64,000 nt of DNA from Alphaproteobacteria bacterium (GTDB lineage Bacteria > Pseudomonadota > Alphaproteobacteria > GCA-2731375), in contig CBDDBZ010000037.1 in NCBI GenBank assembly GCA_965225945.1, forward strand, positions 96,001 through 160,000, written 5' to 3'. Below, piece by piece: positions 60,353-64,000 of this stretch; the first letter of the stretch is position 1; each line of letters opens with the position of its first letter. Below the pieces are notes generated by a model. The model worked only from the letters and a program-made list of their open reading frames with translations, was not told the DNA's origin and did no database searches. A program made the translations under genes and the position numbers.

Positions 60353-62413
60353 ATGCCTACGCTCACCATCGACGGCCAGGAGATCACGGTCGATCCCGGC
60401 AGCAACATCCTCCAGGCCTGCGAGGCGGCGGGCATCGAGGTGCCGCGGTTCTGCTATCACGACCGCCTGTCGATCGCCGGCAACTGCCGGATGTGTCTGG
60501 TCGAGGTGGAGCGCTCGCCGAAGCCGATCGCCTCCTGCGCGATGCCGGCAGGCGACAACATGGTGGTCCACACCAACACGGCCCTGGTCCGTAAGGCGCG
60601 GCAAGGGGTGATGGAGTTCCTGCTGATCAACCATCCGCTCGACTGTCCGATCTGCGATCAGGGCGGCGAATGCGATCTGCAGGACCAGGCGATGGTCTAT
60701 GGCCACGACCGCAGCCGCTACGAGGAGAACAAGCGCGCGGTCGAGGACAAGTATCTGGGCCCGTTGATCAAGACGATCATGACCCGCTGCATCCACTGCA
60801 CCCGTTGTATCCGCTTCATCACCGAGATCGCCGGGATCGAGGAATTGGGCGCCACCGGCCGCGGCGAGGACATGGAGATCGGCACCTATGTCGAGGCGGC
60901 GTTGAGCAGCGAGCTCTCCGGCAACATCGTCGACCTCTGTCCGGTCGGCGCGCTCACCTCCAAGCCCTATGCCTTCGCCGCCCGGCCGTGGGAATTGCGC
61001 AAGACGGAATCGATCGACGTGCACGACGCCGTCGGCTGCAACATCCGGGTCGACTGCCGGGGCCGCGAGGTGATGCGGATATTGCCCCGGCTGCACGAGG
61101 ACATCAACGAGGAGTGGATCTCCGACAAGACGCGCCACGCCGTGGACGGGATCGCCCGGCAACGGATCGACCAGCCCTACATACGCTTCGGCGGCCGGCT
61201 GAAGGCAGCGAGCTGGGACGAGGCCTTCCGCGTCGCCGGCCGCAAGCTCGCCGGCTGCCCGGGCGAGCGGATGGCGGCGATCGTCGGCGACATGGTCGAT
61301 GCCGAGGCGATGGTGGCGCTCAAGGACCTGATGGACGCCTTCGAATGCGCGAACCTCGATTGCCGGCAGGACGGGGCCAAGATCGGCGGCGGCGCGCGGG
61401 CGGGCTGGCTGTTCAACACGACGATCGCCGGCATCGAAGAAGCCGACGCGTTGCTGATCGTGGGTGCCAATCCGCGTTGGGAGGCCTCCCTCGTCAACGC
61501 CCGAATTCGCAAGCGCTGGCTCCAGGGCGGCTTCAAGGTCGGCCTGATCGGCGAGGCGGTCGACCTCACCTACCATTATGATCACTTGGGCACGACGCCG
61601 GACACGCTGGCCGAGGTCGTCGCCGGGACCCATCCCTTCGCCGAGGTCCTGAAGCGGGCGGATCGCGCGATGGTGATCGTCGGCATGGGCGCGCTCGCGC
61701 GGCCCGACGGGGCCCGGATCCTGGCCCGTGTCCGCGCGCTGGCCGAAGCTTGCGACATGGTCCGCGACGACTGGAACGGCTTCAACGTGCTGCAGGGCGC
61801 CGCGAGCCGGGTCGCGGGCCTCGAGCTCGGCCTGCTGCCGGGTGACGGCGGGCGCGACGTCGCCGCCATCCTGGACGGCGTCGAGGCCGGCGAGATCGAT
61901 CTCGTCTGGCTCTTGGGCGCCGACGAGATCGACACCAGCCGCCTCGCCAAGGCCACCGTGATCTACCAGGGCCACCACGGCGATGTGGGCGCGCACGTCG
62001 CCGACGTGGTGCTGGCGGGTGCCGCCTATACCGAGAAGGACGCGACCTGGGTCAACACCGAGGGCCGCGTGCAGCGCGGCCAGCGCGCGGCCTTCCCGCC
62101 GGGCGAGGCGCGGGACGATTGGGCGATCATCCGCGCGCTCTCCGATGTGGTGGGCAAGACGCTGCCCTATGACGACCTGGCCCAGGTTCGTGCCCGCATG
62201 GTCGAGCTGGCCCCGAGGTTGGCCGAGACCGACGTGGCGATGCCCGGCGAATGGGGCGAATTCGGCGAAGCGGGCGAGATGAGCGGCGCGCCCTTCCAGA
62301 GCCCGGTCCGCGACTTCTATCTCACCAACGCGATCTGTCGCGCCTCCACGGTGATGGCCGAGTGCAGCCGCCTGTTCGTGGCCGGAGCGGAGGCGACGGG
62401 CACCGATGGTTGA
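60353..62413 (+). CDS. nuoG: NADH-quinone oxidoreductase subunit G
   Basis: [24 protein letters not shown]. Confidence 0.97.
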   Translation: MPTLTIDGQEITVDPGSNILQACEAAGIEVPRFCYHDRLSIAGNCRMCLVEVERSPKPIASCAMPAGDNMVVHTNTALVRKARQGVMEFLLINHPLDCPICDQGGECDLQDQAMVYGHDRSRYEENKRAVEDKYLGPLIKTIMTRCIHCTRCIRFITEIAGIEELGATGRGEDMEIGTYVEAALSSELSGNIVDLCPVGALTSKPYAFAARPWELRKTESIDVHDAVGCNIRVDCRGREVMRILPRLHEDINEEWISDKTRHAVDGIARQRIDQPYIRFGGRLKAASWDEAFRVAGRKLAGCPGERMAAIVGDMVDAEAMVALKDLMDAFECANLDCRQDGAKIGGGARAGWLFNTTIAGIEEADALLIVGANPRWEASLVNARIRKRWLQGGFKVGLIGEAVDLTYHYDHLGTTPDTLAEVVAGTHPFAEVLKRADRAMVIVGMGALARPDGARILARVRALAEACDMVRDDWNGFNVLQGAASRVAGLELGLLPGDGGRDVAAILDGVEAGEIDLVWLLGADEIDTSRLAKATVIYQGHHGDVGAHVADVVLAGAAYTEKDATWVNTEGRVQRGQRAAFPPGEARDDWAIIRALSDVVGKTLPYDDLAQVRARMVELAPRLAETDVAMPGEWGEFGEAGEMSGAPFQSPVRDFYLTNAICRASTVMAECSRLFVAGAEATGTDG

Positions 62414-63431
62414 GGTCTGGGCCGGCTACCTGCTGCCGGCGATCATCATCCTGTTGCAGATCCTGGCGATCGTGGTGCCGCTGCTGGTCGCGGTCGCGTT
62501 CATGACCTATTTCGAGCGCAAGATCATGGCGGCGATGCAGCTTCGGATGGGGCCGAACGTGGTCGGGCCCTTCGGCCTGCTGCAGCCGATGGCCGACGGC
62601 ATCAAGCTGATGTTCAAGGAGACGGTGTTCCCCACCGGGGCCAACAAGATCGTCTTCGTGATGGCGCCGATGCTGACCTTCATCCTCGGCATGGTCGCCT
62701 GGGCGGTGATCCCGTTCGGCGGGGGTCTCGTGCTCGCCGACATCAACGTCGGCATCCTCTATCTCTTCGCGATCTCCTCGCTCGGCGTCTACGGCATCAT
62801 CATGGCCGGCTGGGCGTCGAACTCGAAGTATGCCTTCCTGGGGGCGCTGCGCTCGGCCGCGCAGATGGTCAGCTACGAGGTCTCGATCGGCTTCGTCATG
62901 ATCACCGTGCTGCTCTGCGTCGGCTCGCTCAACCTTTCCGACATCGTGGAAGCGCAGCGCGGCGGGATCGTCGGCGGCTGGTATTGGCTGCCGCTCCTGC
63001 CGATGTTCGTGATCTTCTTCGTCTCGGCGCTGGCCGAGACCAACCGCCATCCCTTCGATTTGCCGGAGGCGGAGACCGAGCTGGTGGCCGGCTATCAGGT
63101 CGAATATTCCTCGATGACTTTCGCTTTGTTCTTCCTGGGCGAATACGCGAACATGATTCTGATGAGCGGGTTGACGGCGTTGCTGTTCCTGGGGGGTTGG
63201 CTGCCGCCGATCGATATTGCGCCGTTCAATTGGATCCCCGGACCGATCTGGTTCTTCGGCAAGATCGCGGTGCTGCTGTTCGTCTTCGTCTGGGTCCGCG
63301 CCACCTTGCCGCGCTATCGCTACGACCAACTGATGCGGCTCGGCTGGAAGGTATTTCTGCCCTTCTCGCTGCTCTGGGTGGCGCTGACGGCGGCCGCGTT
63401 GATGGCTTTCGGCTGGGTGCCGGAGGCATGA
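62406..63431 (+). CDS. nuoH: NADH-quinone oxidoreductase subunit H
   Basis: [25 protein letters not shown]. Confidence 0.97.
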   Translation: MVEVWAGYLLPAIIILLQILAIVVPLLVAVAFMTYFERKIMAAMQLRMGPNVVGPFGLLQPMADGIKLMFKETVFPTGANKIVFVMAPMLTFILGMVAWAVIPFGGGLVLADINVGILYLFAISSLGVYGIIMAGWASNSKYAFLGALRSAAQMVSYEVSIGFVMITVLLCVGSLNLSDIVEAQRGGIVGGWYWLPLLPMFVIFFVSALAETNRHPFDLPEAETELVAGYQVEYSSMTFALFFLGEYANMILMSGLTALLFLGGWLPPIDIAPFNWIPGPIWFFGKIAVLLFVFVWVRATLPRYRYDQLMRLGWKVFLPFSLLWVALTAAALMAFGWVPEA

Positions 63432-63483
63432 GGAAGGGCTCCGAGGGCGGATGCGCTTTCGCCGGGATGGGAGAGGAACGGGC

Positions 63484-63972
63484 ATGGGCATGATCAACCA
63501 GGGCGCCAAGGCGCTGTTGCTGGGCGAGATCGTGAAGGGGATGGGACTCACCTTCCGCTATATGTTCCGCAAGCGGGCGACGGTGAATTATCCTTACGAA
63601 AAGGGGCCGCTCAGTCCTCGATTCCGGGGCGAGCACGCACTTCGGCGCTATCCCAACGGCGAGGAGCGCTGTATCGCCTGCAAGCTCTGCGAGGCGATCT
63701 GCCCGGCTCAGGCGATCACCATCGAGTCCGAGCCGCGCGAGGACGGCAGCCGGCGGACCACCCGCTACGACATCGACATGACGAAGTGCATCTACTGCGG
63801 CTTCTGCGAGGAGGCCTGTCCGGTGGACGCGATCGTCGAGGGGCCGAACTTCGAGTATTCGACCGAGACCCGCGAGGAGCTGTACTACGACAAGCAGCGG
63901 CTGCTCATGAACGGCGACCGGTGGGAGAACGAAATCGCCCAGAACCTCGCGCTGGATGCACCCTACCGGTGA
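63484..63972 (+). CDS. nuoI: NADH-quinone oxidoreductase subunit I
   Basis: [24 protein letters not shown]. Confidence 0.97.
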   Translation: MGMINQGAKALLLGEIVKGMGLTFRYMFRKRATVNYPYEKGPLSPRFRGEHALRRYPNGEERCIACKLCEAICPAQAITIESEPREDGSRRTTRYDIDMTKCIYCGFCEEACPVDAIVEGPNFEYSTETREELYYDKQRLLMNGDRWENEIAQNLALDAPYR

Positions 63973-64000
63973 TGCAGGCGAGGCGAGGGGGAGCCTGAGA

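Overview
GC-rich alphaproteobacterial chromosome segment. The core genes are a waaA-like gene, prfB (programmed frameshift), mrcA, amiC, rne, nadE, argC, rplM-rpsI, ftsB-pdhABC-lpdA-lipA-ratA, cinA-pgpA-ispDF, tRNA-Asp and nuoA-I. Many catabolic oxidoreductase, hydrolase and aminotransferase genes lie between them. An IS630 sits just upstream of amiC. A ~6 kb accessory hotspot (~34.0-39.8 kb) holds: a partly tandem-duplicated hypothetical gene; an inactivated IS1595 inserted in a REP-like hairpin, with the empty site kept in the duplicate; a frameshifting IS630; an AT-rich gene fragment; an IS110 5' stub; and a RelE/HigB-HTH toxin-antitoxin pair bracketed by direct repeats. A HicAB pair sits after ratA. 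Best leads: a triplicated 17-bp start region forming chained mini-ORFs ahead of rplM, the repeat-bounded TA cassette with related and nested palindromes, and a WaaA with several altered active-site motifs. No CRISPR or rRNA seen. All calls come from reading the sequence; no searches were run.
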